This document shows positions 10,023 to 21,198 of a stretch of 64,000 nucleotides of DNA, piece by piece (positions within the stretch are counted from its first letter, which is position 1; every line of letters starts with the position of its first letter). The notes below the pieces were generated by a model that made no database searches, was not told the DNA's origin, and was given only the letters and a program-made list of their open reading frames with translations. Position numbers and translations under genes: made by a program. This stretch comes from Lepidodermella squamata. Taxonomy: Eukaryota; Animalia; Gastrotricha. Where the stretch lies: the NCBI GenBank assembly GCA_047495785.1, contig JBLDXI010000057.1:124001-188000 (forward strand), read 5' to 3'.

Positions 10023-12574
10023 TCAGCCACAGCACGACTGCAGGCCGAGCGATCGCCCGCTCGCCTTGCTGATCTCGAGAAGCACGAACATCTCAGAATT
10101 TGTCGGGTGAATGGCGACAGTATCGTCGAAATCTTGCTTCGTCGCACCGCGTTTCATCGCAACAGCATACCCTGAAAAAATAAAAAATAAAAATTTTAAA
10201 TATTTAAAAATTAAAAATTAATGAAAAAATTGAAATTTTGAGGAATTAAATTTAAAATTTAGATTTTAGAAATTTGGATTTTTAGGAAAAATACCTTGGA
10301 CGACTTCACCGGCGTTAGGGCCAAGGAAATGAAGGCCCACGACTCGCTCGTCGTCCTTGGAATTGCATACTATTTTCAGGTAGCAATTGATCGTATCCTG
10401 GGTGCCTCGGTGCTGTGAAGCCCGCATCGGAACCGACCATTCATAGGGCACGTAAGTGGCGTGGTAGACCTCGATGTTCTCAGCCCCGAAACGCGCGGTA
10501 GCCTCCTCCTCGGACAGGCCACAAGCGCCGTATTCAAGTGGGGTGAAAACGGTTGTAGCCACCTTGTCGTAGTCCATGTTTTCAGTCGCGTGGAAAAACA
10601 GCCGTCTCGCCAACAACTTGCCGGCTTGAATAGCAACCGGCGTCAACTCTGGCCGGCCATCCAGGACGTCGCCGATTGCGTATATGTTCGCAACATTGGT
10701 CTGCTCATTGACAGCCGGAATTTTCCCAGTTTTTTCGTTGAGTTTAACCCCAGCACCTTGCAGGTTGACGTCGCCGTAGATAGGCTCTCGGCCAATGGCG
10801 AAAATCACCGTTTCGAACTCGTCGGTTGTAGTCGAACCATCGCCGTGTTCGAACGTGACTCGAATACGACGTTCGCCGATTTTTTCCAGCTTTTTCGGGA
10901 CAGCAGGTCGCAGGAATTTTACGCCGGTGTCTAGCAGCACCTTGCCAATTCGCTCGGCCATGTCTTGATCGAAGCCGCGGAGCAGAATGGATCGAACGGC
11001 GATGGTTACGTCGAGGCCGAAACCGCGCAGGAATCCGGCGCATTCCAAGGCGACGTAAGACGCGCCGACGACCAGGGTTCGGCCAGGACTTTCGGGCAGC
11101 GAGAACAGGTCATCACTCGTGATTCCAAACTCACGGTCACCGGGAATATCTGAAATAAAAATGAAAAATGAAAATTAATAAATAGTCGAAAACTATTACG
11201 AATTAGTTTGAAGTCTGAAATTCAAAATGTTTCCTGAATACTTTTTTTCCTAAATACTTTTTGTAATTATTTTCATTAAATAACTTTAGGAACCTATTAT
11301 AGCTAGTTGGGATATTAACTCGGCCTCCCGAAATCCGGAAATCCCGAAAGATCGCTTCTTATTTTATAAAAATGTTATTTTTGTAGATTTGGAATTCCAA
11401 TATTAAAGCTTCATAGTTATTTATAGCACCATTATTTCGATGTCGCAAATTCATTGAGCAAAATTGAACTAGGTACAATTTTATTTCGCTCTAAACCCCG
11501 CTTCTCATTTGTCAGCGAATATATGAGACGTGTGCTAAAATAATTGCACATTATTCCATGCCGTCAAATAAAAAAGGGGAGTTGCAAACGAGAGCGCGAC
11601 TCTTCTCAAATTAAATTGTAATAAACTTTTTAAATTATTTAAATTCTAAATTCTCACCTGGGTACTTTGGACGAAGTCCGGTGGCGACCAAGATCTTGTC
11701 AGCCGTCACCACCCGTTTCTTGCCCTTCTTATCCGTCGCCTCCAGCGTGTGAGCGTCGATAAATCGCGCATACGAGTTAACGTACTCGACGTGGCCTTCA
11801 CGCAGCGAAACGCGGTACTTGAAGTTCGACGACATGATGTGCTCTTGAACCGTGTCGCGCAGCGCCTTCCAGTCGTGGTGCTGGTGGGCCTCGTCCGGGA
11901 TCTTCGTCCAACCGCTCGCCTTCGCATCGAGGATAGACTCACCGAGCAGCGATGCTTGGTGCATCAGCTTCTTCGGAATGCAGCCGACGTTGACGCAAGT
12001 GCCGCCGATGCCCCACGTCGTGCCGATCGGGGTCGGCTTCACGAAGTCGAACATGACGGTTTTGGCGCCGAGAATGGCGGCTTCTTTCGACGCGGCCAGA
12101 CCGCCAGAGCCGCCGCCAATAACAGCGAAATCGTACTCGTACGGGTGACGTTTCGGGCTTGATGCATGAGCCTTCAACGCCTCAGCGACCATTGCTTCGA
12201 GCTTGTTCTCCTGGATAATTTTGTCCAAGGCATCGAAACCGCCTTTACAAATTAAAAATTGTCAATTTAATTATTCTACTAATTTATTACAATTTCAAAA
12301 AATTTGAATTATTGAGCTTACCAATGAAAACTTTGTTAAAGAATATTTGAGGGACCGATCGCTGGCCAGTTTTATCGAAAAGCTCGAATTTTACAGCGAT
12401 GCCACTAGGCAGTTTATCGAGCACAACTTCGTGGTAATTGATGTCTCGCTGCTTGAGTGCTTCCTTAGCTTTGACGCAGAATGGGCAGGTTGTCTTCGAG
12501 AAAACAACAACAGGATGGTTGTTAATTTGATCGTTGATAAAGCTGAGGTAACCAGCTTTTTTCTGACTTGACAT
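10023..12574 (-). CDS. TXNRD/TGR: Thioredoxin glutathione reductase (Grx domain fused to large-type thioredoxin reductase), C-terminus SCCG
   Basis: Four exons: 12574-12322 (Grx, [14 protein letters not shown]), 12242-11658 (GGGSGG FAD motif, GGTCVNVGC), 11149-10295 ([15 protein letters not shown] motif, [28 protein letters not shown]), 10171-10023 (IHPTNSE, QSCCG-TGA). All junctions GT-AG and in phase. Confidence 0.95.
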
Positions 12575-13067
12575 TTTCACAACTTGTTTAACTTGAACCG
12601 AAAAAAAGTTGAAATTAAATAGTCTATTAAACATTATCTGCTTAGGAATGAAGGATGCATTGCCAAATTTTTAACGGAAATTTAGCAAAAAAATCGCGGT
12701 GAACGAAAAATTGGCGAAGAAACCGCCCCAGAAACCGTGGACACCATTAGCCAACAAATTGACAAATGAGCAAGAAAGACACAAGGAAAAGAAATTGAAA
12801 AAATTATGAAATTAATTGTATCCCTGATTTCAATTAGCTAAATTGGTATCATTCTAAGCCGAAAAGAGGATGAATCAAACTTCAAACTAATATAAATAAT
12901 TTTTATAAACCTTTGAAATTCTGTAATTGAAAATTACAAATAAGAGAGAAATAAAAAAAATGTTTTATCTTTTGCCTGAAATGAGCGAGGCAAGTGTGCA
13001 AGTCACGCGTTTTTATCGTGGCGGTTTTTTTCTAGAAGCACGAGCACACACGTATCTACACACACTA

Positions 13068-13090
13068 GTATTATTATTATTATTATTATT
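13068..13090. repeat. (TTA)n microsatellite
   Basis: About 7 tandem TTA units. Confidence 0.85.
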
Positions 13091-14085
13091 GAGTGGGCAA
13101 AAACCGCGGGCTCGAAATGGGTCAAAAATGCGCATCCTCGTACAATTATTGCCGTGTTTGCCCCATTTTCAGTATTTTATTCGTTCGCGATGCTGATGCA
13201 TTGTTTACCCAAGGGCTTAACGAAGCCACGGATTTTAATAACTAATCAGGTGACCAATGACGTAAGGCGGGGTCCAATACTCATGCTGACGCACCCTGGC
13301 CACTATGGGAGAAACCAGGCAGTCGTTTTTGGTCAGAGAAACTATCCACAGCAAATTCTGCGGCCAGGATAGTTCAGTTGATAAGCGGGTCTACAATAAC
13401 CGTGGAATAATTGCTAAAACATTACATGATATCCTTACGCTGAAACGAATATCAATACTAGGAAAGAGGCGCCATGTTTTCAAGGATGTGATTTCCAATA
13501 ATTCTGCAAAATTATAATGACTAATGACGCTTTGTTCTCAAACATCAGGCTTGTGATTGAACGAAAAGTGTAAAATTTGAGTCTTGAAAACCTTTGAATG
13601 GGCGATCCTGGCGGGCCAATCTTTCTACCACAGGTAGCTCTTATAGGTATGGCTAATGAACGGTGAAATTTGGCCTCATCGGGTCGTTCATTGTTGCGTA
13701 ATAAAAATTGCAAATTTACACTTTTCCTTCGATCACAATCCTGAAAGTGATGGTCAGAAATAACACAGAAAATCACCCATAATTTTCTTGATATTTATTC
13801 ATATTGCTGTAATTTTTCGTGGAAGATAAAAGAATTGAAAATCTCACTTTTTTGAGGAATAAAATATTGAAATTCGGTTTTGCTTTAAAAATGAAAAATT
13901 CGGGCATTGAAAATGGGAGAAATAAAAAATCAGCTGTCTAAATCAAAACAGTTTCTCATTTTATTTTATTTTTCGAAAAAGAGACCAAGAATCAGCAAAT
14001 AGCACTAAAATAGAGCAAAATTGAATGAATTCGATAGTGAAATTTTCTGGTTAAAATCAACTTGACATATGAAAGTGCTGTATTA

Positions 14086-15053
14086 CTATTGATAAGCCAT
14101 GACCATTTCGGCCGGTAGCTTTTCGCGAATGTAATCTTCGAACTCTGCTAGTAATTTTGGGTCTGTGAAATGCTCCTTCCAGTCCCCAACTTTGCCCTTA
14201 CGAATAAATTCCGCATCCGCACGCCAGGCTCCGTTCTTCAAAAAACGAAAATCATTATTTTTTATTGATTTTAAGGCGGAATTACCGATGCAAAGTACGA
14301 GTTGGCGTAGTCCTTCTTCTTCCGCATTGCCTCTACCGTGGTCGCCTCGCAAATTTTATCAACCAACTCGTCATCACAGTCGACTTGAATAAATTCAGCT
14401 ATCTTCTTGATTGTTGATTTCGGATTCTTCTTCAAATCTTCATAGCGGACGAATAAAATCGGCTTGCCTTCCTGTTTAGCCTTGAATATTTCGGTCAAAT
14501 GGCGATCGTATGGTCCCCAGAACACCTCGCCACGCATGAATTGCCGGACCATGAACTCAAATGGATGATCGTAAGGCCAGGCGATCATGTTTTGGTAGTG
14601 GTGGTACAGCGAGGTGACAACATCCTTAGGATTACGGTACAGGTACAGGACCTTGGCCTTGAAGGCATTTTTAGGTAGAAGCGGCGAGGAGCAGTGGGTG
14701 TCTAGAACACGCGGTGACGGCATTGTAGCGATACGCTTCAGCTGATCAGCAGGCGCCGGCATTTCAATTAACGGCCGTCGTAGTATTTCAGGGATTTCGT
14801 CGAAATTACGAGTGACTAACAACTGGACTATGTAACACAGCCAGTGATTGCCGCTTTTGGGGAAAGCTGAAATCAGCACGTCGTTGCTTTCAAATGGGAA
14901 GTTGTAGGCTCCTGGCCAGAAGAACGGCGTGATTACAGGCAGGTAATAGCCGCGGAATTGAGCCAATTCCATGCCATCCCGAACTGTGCCCAGCTCGCTA
15001 ATAGCGGCATTGATATCAGGGTTGAAAAGTGTTTTCCATTCGAAATCAGCCAT
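14086..15053 (-). CDS. Cytosolic PAPS-dependent sulfotransferase (Sulfotransfer_1, SULT1-like), 2 exons
   Basis: 5'-PSB FPKSGNHW, catalytic His in DTHC, 3'-PB RNPKDVVTSLYH, RYEDLK, C-terminal RKGKVGDWK. A ~50-nt intron (gtaatt...gaag, ~14286-14236) joins the two ORFs. Confidence 0.93.
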
Positions 15054-15579
15054 GCTCTCACGACCTATTTTCTGTTTATACAAAATCAGAACTAGGGTTT
15101 CGGCTAAATTCAGAGGTGTTTTATCTTGTTTTTATCGGTCTTATCTCAGTCATTGTTATCAGTCCTATTATACAGTCCGGTTCCGGATATTCCCAATTCC
15201 CACTGCATCCCGTGAACAGAGCTGACCAATCAATCATCAAGATCTTGACCTTCGATCATTCAACATTTCATTGTCTTCTTCATCCATCTAGCCATCATGA
15301 AGCTTCATTGATGCGTAAACTAGACTTGTGTTGACCTTACCTGTTAATAAATTTGCATTTGACGTCATGTTAGGTCCATTAAAATGGTGTTATCCCTTTT
15401 AATAGCAGGCTTATGCGCCCTCAGATGCTGACCACGAGGCGAATATCACCCACGTAATTCGCCATGGATAGCGCCAGGCGAATGCTGCTGCATGCAAAAA
15501 AATCCCAAATGCACTTGTTTCTGTTCAGCGACACCAGTCTGAGAGTGTTTAATTTCTGAATTTTATCAACAAAATTGCT

Positions 15580-16544
15580 ATGAGAAACTCGATTTTTGTA
15601 TATTTATGCATTGCTGTAGCTTGCTGCTACGCCGCAAGTCGTCATCGCCATCAGTTGGCGAAAAGGAAGCTGTTGCCCATGGATGATGATGACCAATGTG
15701 GCTTGGCGACCAGCACTGAACACCCGAATCCGTGGCTCGCTTCGATTAAGGTCAAATGGCAAAGCGAAGACGAGGCTGGGAAATGTCGGGGCGTTCTAAT
15801 CCATGAACAATGGGTCTTAACTTCGGCAAAATGCATTTACGGTGCATCCGGCAAGAATAAACCGACATCGTAACTATTGGCCTATTTTATAGTCAAATTT
15901 TCAGAATTCCCATATTGACAGAGTCTTAATCCAACTTGGCCAGCCGAATATATTTCTTGAGCCGAAACAAGGCGATGGAAGCATTCAGGTCGAGGTTGAG
16001 CGTGTTGTATCTCACCCAAAAAGAAGTCACGTCGATATTGCGCTGTTGAAGCTGCCGCTGAAAATCGAATCTGACCGAATAATTCCAGCTTGCCTGCCAG
16101 ACCCTAATCTCTGCCAAATGCCGAGTAGCACGGATGAATCTGCGATCGATTTCTGCTCGAATGCTACTTTGATCAGTTCCGGTGATAAGGGACCTCGATG
16201 TACCAAAATTTGTATATAGTCAAGTTGTTCTTTTAGGGATGCGACCTGTGAAATACGCGATTCTATCGAAAGAAGAATGCGATGAAGAACTCGAGGCGGT
16301 TGGCAGTTTCACTGACGAGTCGCGATTCTGCACCTCCTCCGAAGATTCGACCAAGCTTGAGGAGCGAGGCAGTCCTTTGTTTTGCAGCTACACCCATGAT
16401 CCACAGCGAAGCACTGTCATCGGAATCTTATCGCAGGGCCTTGGCCACGCTAGTGTTCATTCTCGAATTTGTTTCGCCCTGGACTGGATCGGCGATCAGT
16501 TAGGAGAACGAATTCGCAGCTTCCAAGTGGAGCTTGACGACTGA
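15580..16544 (+). CDS. Secreted trypsin-like serine protease homolog, predicted non-catalytic (multi-exon)
   Basis: Signal peptide; PWLASI, CRGVLIHEQWVLTSAKC (canonical TAAHC), HVDIALLKL, IPACLP, EERGSPLFC (canonical GDSGGPL). Confidence 0.85.
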
Positions 16545-16881
16545 TGGTACAATGATGCTTACAGGACATTGCCATGATGCTTGATTCATAGTTTGGCCTG
16601 ATTTTCAGGTCAAGTTTATAATAATTATCATAACCACACGGCTTTGGAGGCTATAGACACGAGTAAAGTTATGAATTAAGCCAGCCTTTTTTCACCGTTT
16701 AACGTAAACGACGAGATTTGTGGGCGTTTGGAAGGATTAAACGAAAAAGTTCGTGGTGTTTATTTTTAAACTCCACGACTTGGCATATGAGCACGACAAA
16801 CCGCCAAGAAAAAGGGAGCCACAGATCTTCTGATCGTTCATTCCACAATTGTTTACACCTTTATATCACTTGAAATTTGAA

Positions 16882-17328
16882 ATGCAAACTGTCGTAATAA
16901 TTGTTGGATTAGCTATGTTTCTCGGCGCGGCTATGGCCGCTGCCCCCGGCTTCTTTGTCTACTCAAAATGCACCTTCAAGTCAGACTGCCTGCCAAACGA
17001 TACGTGCCTTAATAGAACCTGCTACAGCCGGGATCCAGTTTGGATGTATGCCAACTGTACCTTTACAAATGACTGCTTGGACGGAGATCGCTGTGTCAGC
17101 CGCGTTTGCAGTACGAAAAACCCAGCAGATCGAACAGCGGGTGCTTATTCTTACGGCGTTTGTACGTTTCAACGCGACTGTTTCACAGGTGACAAGTGCA
17201 TCGGGAAATATTGCTGGACAAAGCAAAGACGCTCTTCGAACACTCGATGCAGGACAGCCGCCGATTGCCCATCTCGGCTGCAGACATGCAGTAGGCAGGG
17301 CTTTTGCTCATTCACTTTACTAGGCTGA
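16882..17328 (+). CDS. Secreted Cys-rich repeat protein A (3 canonical modules + 1 variant)
   Basis: Signal peptide MQTVVIIVGLAMFLGAAMAA; repeats of Yx2CTFxxDCx3DxCx4C; intronless; AATAAA at ~17401. Confidence 0.9.
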   Translation: MQTVVIIVGLAMFLGAAMAAAPGFFVYSKCTFKSDCLPNDTCLNRTCYSRDPVWMYANCTFTNDCLDGDRCVSRVCSTKNPADRTAGAYSYGVCTFQRDCFTGDKCIGKYCWTKQRRSSNTRCRTAADCPSRLQTCSRQGFCSFTLLG

Positions 17329-18077
17329 TATCTGCATTATTCCTTTGTACCGATCTATCGGAAAGATTCCCCGTAATTGTATAACGCAGCCAGTTTTCAA
17401 AATAAATGAATGAAAACGATTACAGATGGAAACGACACATCAGCCGCTTTTGAGTCTCGAAGGCTAGCGAACGATCCGTAACAATCGGTGCGTATTTGCC
17501 ATTTGCTAGAGCGATTGCCTAGTTGGCAGCGGCGCTAACCGGAGTTGAATACGAAAGCCAAAAGCTGTCGAACTGCAATGGAGCTTCTGAATTTACAGAG
17601 CCTTAATTCACTAAACTGCCTTTTCGGCTATGTCAAACTGCAAACTGCGAGAAGTTGATTCTAAGGTTGAATGTAACTTGAATTGCAACCATGGAAGGTT
17701 GCCCCAAGAAGTTGATAAAGTCTTGCATTTTTTATCAGCCTTTCAGTTCCATGATGAAAGCTGCAACGAAGTAGCGATTAGCACGTCGTATCCCCGTAGT
17801 TTAAAGTACCATCCTTCAACTATTGAAGTTTTCACTAGAAAAACTACTGGCGCAGGAGCAGCGTGTTTTCCCAGCCTCTTTTCAGTATATAGAACAAACA
17901 GCGTGCATCGTAGGTGTCAGGAATATAAAGCATCACGGAATCCAAAGCACGTGATTCTTTCATCCCAATTCTTTTGTTTGGCATGAGCACGCATTGTTCG
18001 AACAAATAAGCCGATCCGCTAATTATGCCATCGTTCTTATGCTCATTCTGGCTTTTTCTGCATTCAAGGATTTTAAA

Positions 18078-18551
18078 ATGCAAACTGTAGTGATTACAGT
18101 CGGGATAGCAGCTCTTTTCCTCGGTGCGGCAATGGCAGCAGCTCCGGGATTCTACGTCTACTCGCAATGCACCTTCAAATCAGACTGCATGCAGAACGAC
18201 ACATGCCTGAACAGAACCTGCTACAGCCAGAGTCCGGTGTGGATGTACGCTAACTGCACATTTGCAAGCGATTGTTTCGACGAAGATCGGTGCATAAACC
18301 GAATTTGCTGCACCAAGAAACCGGCAGATCGGACAGCAGGTGCTTACTCTTACGGTGCATGCACATTCGGAAGCGATTGCTTTGATGGCGACAAGTGTTC
18401 TGGCAAGAAGTGCTGGACGAAAAAAGTAGCCTCAACAACGACGAGGATCACACCAGCCATGACTCGGTGCAGAACTTCATATGACTGCAGATACAAACAA
18501 CAATATTGTGACAAGCAGGGCTTTTGCGTATTTTATTACGGCCGAAACTAA
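18078..18551 (+). CDS. Secreted Cys-rich repeat protein B (close paralog of A)
   Basis: Same signal peptide and module order as A (APGFYVYSQCTFKSDC..., PADRTAGAYSYG); AATAAA ~18635. Confidence 0.9.
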   Translation: MQTVVITVGIAALFLGAAMAAAPGFYVYSQCTFKSDCMQNDTCLNRTCYSQSPVWMYANCTFASDCFDEDRCINRICCTKKPADRTAGAYSYGACTFGSDCFDGDKCSGKKCWTKKVASTTTRITPAMTRCRTSYDCRYKQQYCDKQGFCVFYYGRN

Positions 18552-18755
18552 CAACTCAGAAATTTTCATTCCATTTTTAGTGTCCTTAGTTAGTTCCTTC
18601 ACCATCATTTCTGAGTTCGGTTGCCTAAAAAGTGAATAAATGTAATTATTGAAAGTACTTTTGCAAAACTCAGAATTGTGATATATTATCATTTGTAAGA
18701 TGGCTGGCATCCGCCGTTTTGCAATGTAATAAGAATGTACAAGCTTTCCATATTA

Positions 18756-18933
18756 CAGTAAAACCTGTCATCTCAAACAAACATGCTTCAGAAAAAGTAA
18801 TTATGTATTCGAGCAGAACTGTCAGAATACGGGAGGTGCGTTACTCCCCCTTTCTTGAAGTGAAAGGCAATCGATTATCAATAATGAACTCATTACTAAG
18901 GATCATATGCTTGGATGATGTACGGCTGTACTG
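18756..18933. mobile_element. Degenerate pogo/Tigger-like MITE
   Basis: TA-CAGTAAAACC at left; right end reverse-complements to TA-CAGTACAGCC; imperfect TIRs with TA flanks. Confidence 0.35.
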
Positions 18934-19367
18934 TAAAGCTGTGATGCCCCTCTAAGAAAGAAAATCGGCGGCATGTTAGTTTGTTGATTGCAGTTCAACT
19001 ATATACTTCAACTATATTGTTAAAGGTAAAATTAATTGGAATTTTTATCATTCTTGGATGACGAATCGCTGTTGTATGGAATGTCTGATGTCGGTGAATT
19101 TTCTGACTTTTACACCCGGGTCTCAATGGTACCATGTTGAATTCGGTTGCATATCGACATGATGTCAGATAAATAGCCCGGGGCAATAATCTTGTGGCGC
19201 GATAAAGTTGCCATTTTGGGAGGACAAGACAGTTACTGATTACAGCAACAGCAACGCACTCTGAAAAGTGGGTGAAACACCCAATAGCTCTTCCAGAACG
19301 CCCATCGGGCACGACTAGTGGTCAATAAAAGAACCTCTGCGGCAGTCAGAATTGCAGAGGAATTAAA

Positions 19368-19916
19368 ATGCATCTACTTAGCGGCTTGATTTTGTGTTTC
19401 GCAACTCTGGGCGCTGTTAGCGCAGCACCACATTCGACTATTAGTTGGCCGGTCGGGTCATCAACCTCCGCTGGCCAGAGCTCGAATGTACCGCCAGTTT
19501 CCAGCTCTATTTCGCCGATGGGCTCAACTACTAAAAACAACTGGACCACAACTAACAGCTGGCAGACCACAAGTCGCAAAGGGTCAACTGACAAACCAGC
19601 CTCGACGAATCCAGGTTCAACGAGCCCAGCCTCAGCTAATCCAGGTTCAACGAGTCCGGCATCAGCGAATCCGGGTTCAACGAGCCCAGCCTCAGCGAAT
19701 CCAGGTTCAACGAGTCCGGCATCAGCGAATCCGGGTTCAACGAGTCCGGCATCAGCGAATCCGGGTTCAACGAGCCCAGCCTCAGCTAATCCAGGTTCAA
19801 CTAGCCCAGCATCAGCGAATCCGGGTTCAACCAAACCAGGTTCAACACAAGGCTGGTCAACGACGCGCCACGATGCCTCTACACGAAATGCTAGGAGGTC
19901 CATCAGGAGACTCTAG
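19368..19916 (+). CDS. Secreted Ser/Thr/Pro-rich mucin-like protein with SPASANPGST decapeptide repeats
   Basis: Signal peptide MHLLSGLILCFATLGAVSA; tandem 30-bp units; basic C-terminus; upstream region, signal peptide and 3' UTR similar to the gene at 21958. Confidence 0.85.
   Translation: MHLLSGLILCFATLGAVSAAPHSTISWPVGSSTSAGQSSNVPPVSSSISPMGSTTKNNWTTTNSWQTTSRKGSTDKPASTNPGSTSPASANPGSTSPASANPGSTSPASANPGSTSPASANPGSTSPASANPGSTSPASANPGSTSPASANPGSTKPGSTQGWSTTRHDASTRNARRSIRRL
19597..19846 (+). repeat. Coding 30-bp tandem repeat (about 8 units)
   Basis: Unit approximately CCAGCCTCAGCGAATCCGGGTTCAACGAGC, varying mainly at third codon positions of the + frame. Confidence 0.95.
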
Positions 19917-20693
19917 AGACTGAGCGTGAGGAAGATTCAGAGTTTTAGCTTAGCTTGCTTCGCGACATACTGTTATTAATCCTCGACGGTAATATTCTGC
20001 AAATTAAAACCTGCTTTGGCATTTTGACGATGTTGTCTTCTCATAGTTGGTGTGTATCTAAAAAACAGCATGAACAATCCAGGTATGATTTTCGCTCCTT
20101 TGGCGGACAGCGGGCAGAAGAAGAATAAAGAAAGAAGGATAATGTTTTAAAAATTAGGGATAAGTACATTAAACATTATTTATCGCCACAATCGGTTCCC
20201 CTGCGTTTCCATTGGGAAATAATTAAAACTATTTGACGATGAACAGAGAAAATGAAGTCGACAATAAATTCATAGCAGCTTGATTATAACACCTTCAAAC
20301 GATGGTCAATAATAGGCCTTATAAATCGGGATAGCTAGCAATCAGCAATACTAGCAACGACATTTTGAGCCCTCTTCCGATTTCCAACCAATATCGGCCA
20401 TGGCAAAACTTGATTTTAAGCTGCCTATGACCGGTATTAAAGTTGTATGCTGAAGCTAAAAGGTGTATCGATTGAAAAAATGATTCCACAACCATGAACT
20501 GCTATTATCTAATAGAAGCTTCATATAGCTGCTTGTTCTCGAATGCACATTTCCGGGCCCGCCTATGTTTCTCGAATGTGCTTCTCGAATACAGTCTGTC
20601 TGATAAATGATGATTAAAGTTTTTTTGCTTATCATTCCACCAATTCTCAAAATGTTTCCTTAGCCGACAACCGTTGCAAGGAGGGCTCTCGCC

Positions 20694-20987
20694 CAGAGTT
20701 GTCCACGGGCCGAATTTTCGGAACCCGGCCCGGCCCGTAAGAACGAATGTGAAAACCCAGTCCGGCCCGTGTCACTATTAGCTGTATTTCAATTAGTGAG
20801 AAGTTGCATTTTTCAACTAAATTTGTACTGGAAAAAGCGCTCAACTTTAAGCAATAAAATATCATTGTTATATCATTGAATACTGCCATTTGAGGTGAAA
20901 ACGGACGTGTATCTAGTTACCTATAATAGGTACCGCACCACTGGCGACCCGTACCCAGCACCTAAACCCGGTCCGTGGACAAATCTG
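20694..20987. mobile_element. Non-autonomous hAT-type MITE with intact 8-bp TSD
   Basis: TIRs CAGAGTTGTCCACGGGCCG / CGGTCCGTGGACAAATCTG; perfect flanking duplication CTCTCGCC at 20686-20693 and 20988-20995; subterminal CCGGCCCG repeats. Confidence 0.88.
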
Positions 20988-21153
20988 CTCTCGCCTGATT
21001 TTGTTGAGCCAAAGTTCAATGACGTTGCCTACTTTGGTGTTAGATTATGGATTTTTGGAAGAAGCTGGAAATCTCATCAACTTTTAAATACAGCATTCGT
21101 TTCAAAAATATAGCGTTAGCAGGAATGCTCGTGCAATATTTTTTGATACAGCT

Positions 21154-21198
21154 ATATCTCTGTATCTTTATCTGTATCTGTATCTGTATCGGTATCTG
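21154..21198. repeat. (TATCTG)n microsatellite
   Basis: About 7 imperfect hexamer units. Confidence 0.8.

Noticed and set aside
10376-12162. Overlapping opposite-strand ORFs within TGR (likewise within the P4-ATPase and 10-Cys genes)
   Set aside because: Shadow ORFs caused by GC-rich codon usage; no independent motifs.
12680-12747. Mitochondrial-targeting upstream exon for TGR (MVSTVSGAVSSPIFRSPRFFC)
   Set aside because: Frame stops at TAA and I found no convincing donor joining it to the Grx exon; needs RNA data.
14236-14290. Apparent frameshift in the sulfotransferase
   Set aside because: Explained by a short GT-AG intron.
19346-19923. Long antisense and alternate-frame ORFs over the decapeptide repeat; CRISPR-like appearance
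   Set aside because: By-products of a stop-free 30-bp coding repeat; no unique spacers, no cas genes, eukaryotic context.
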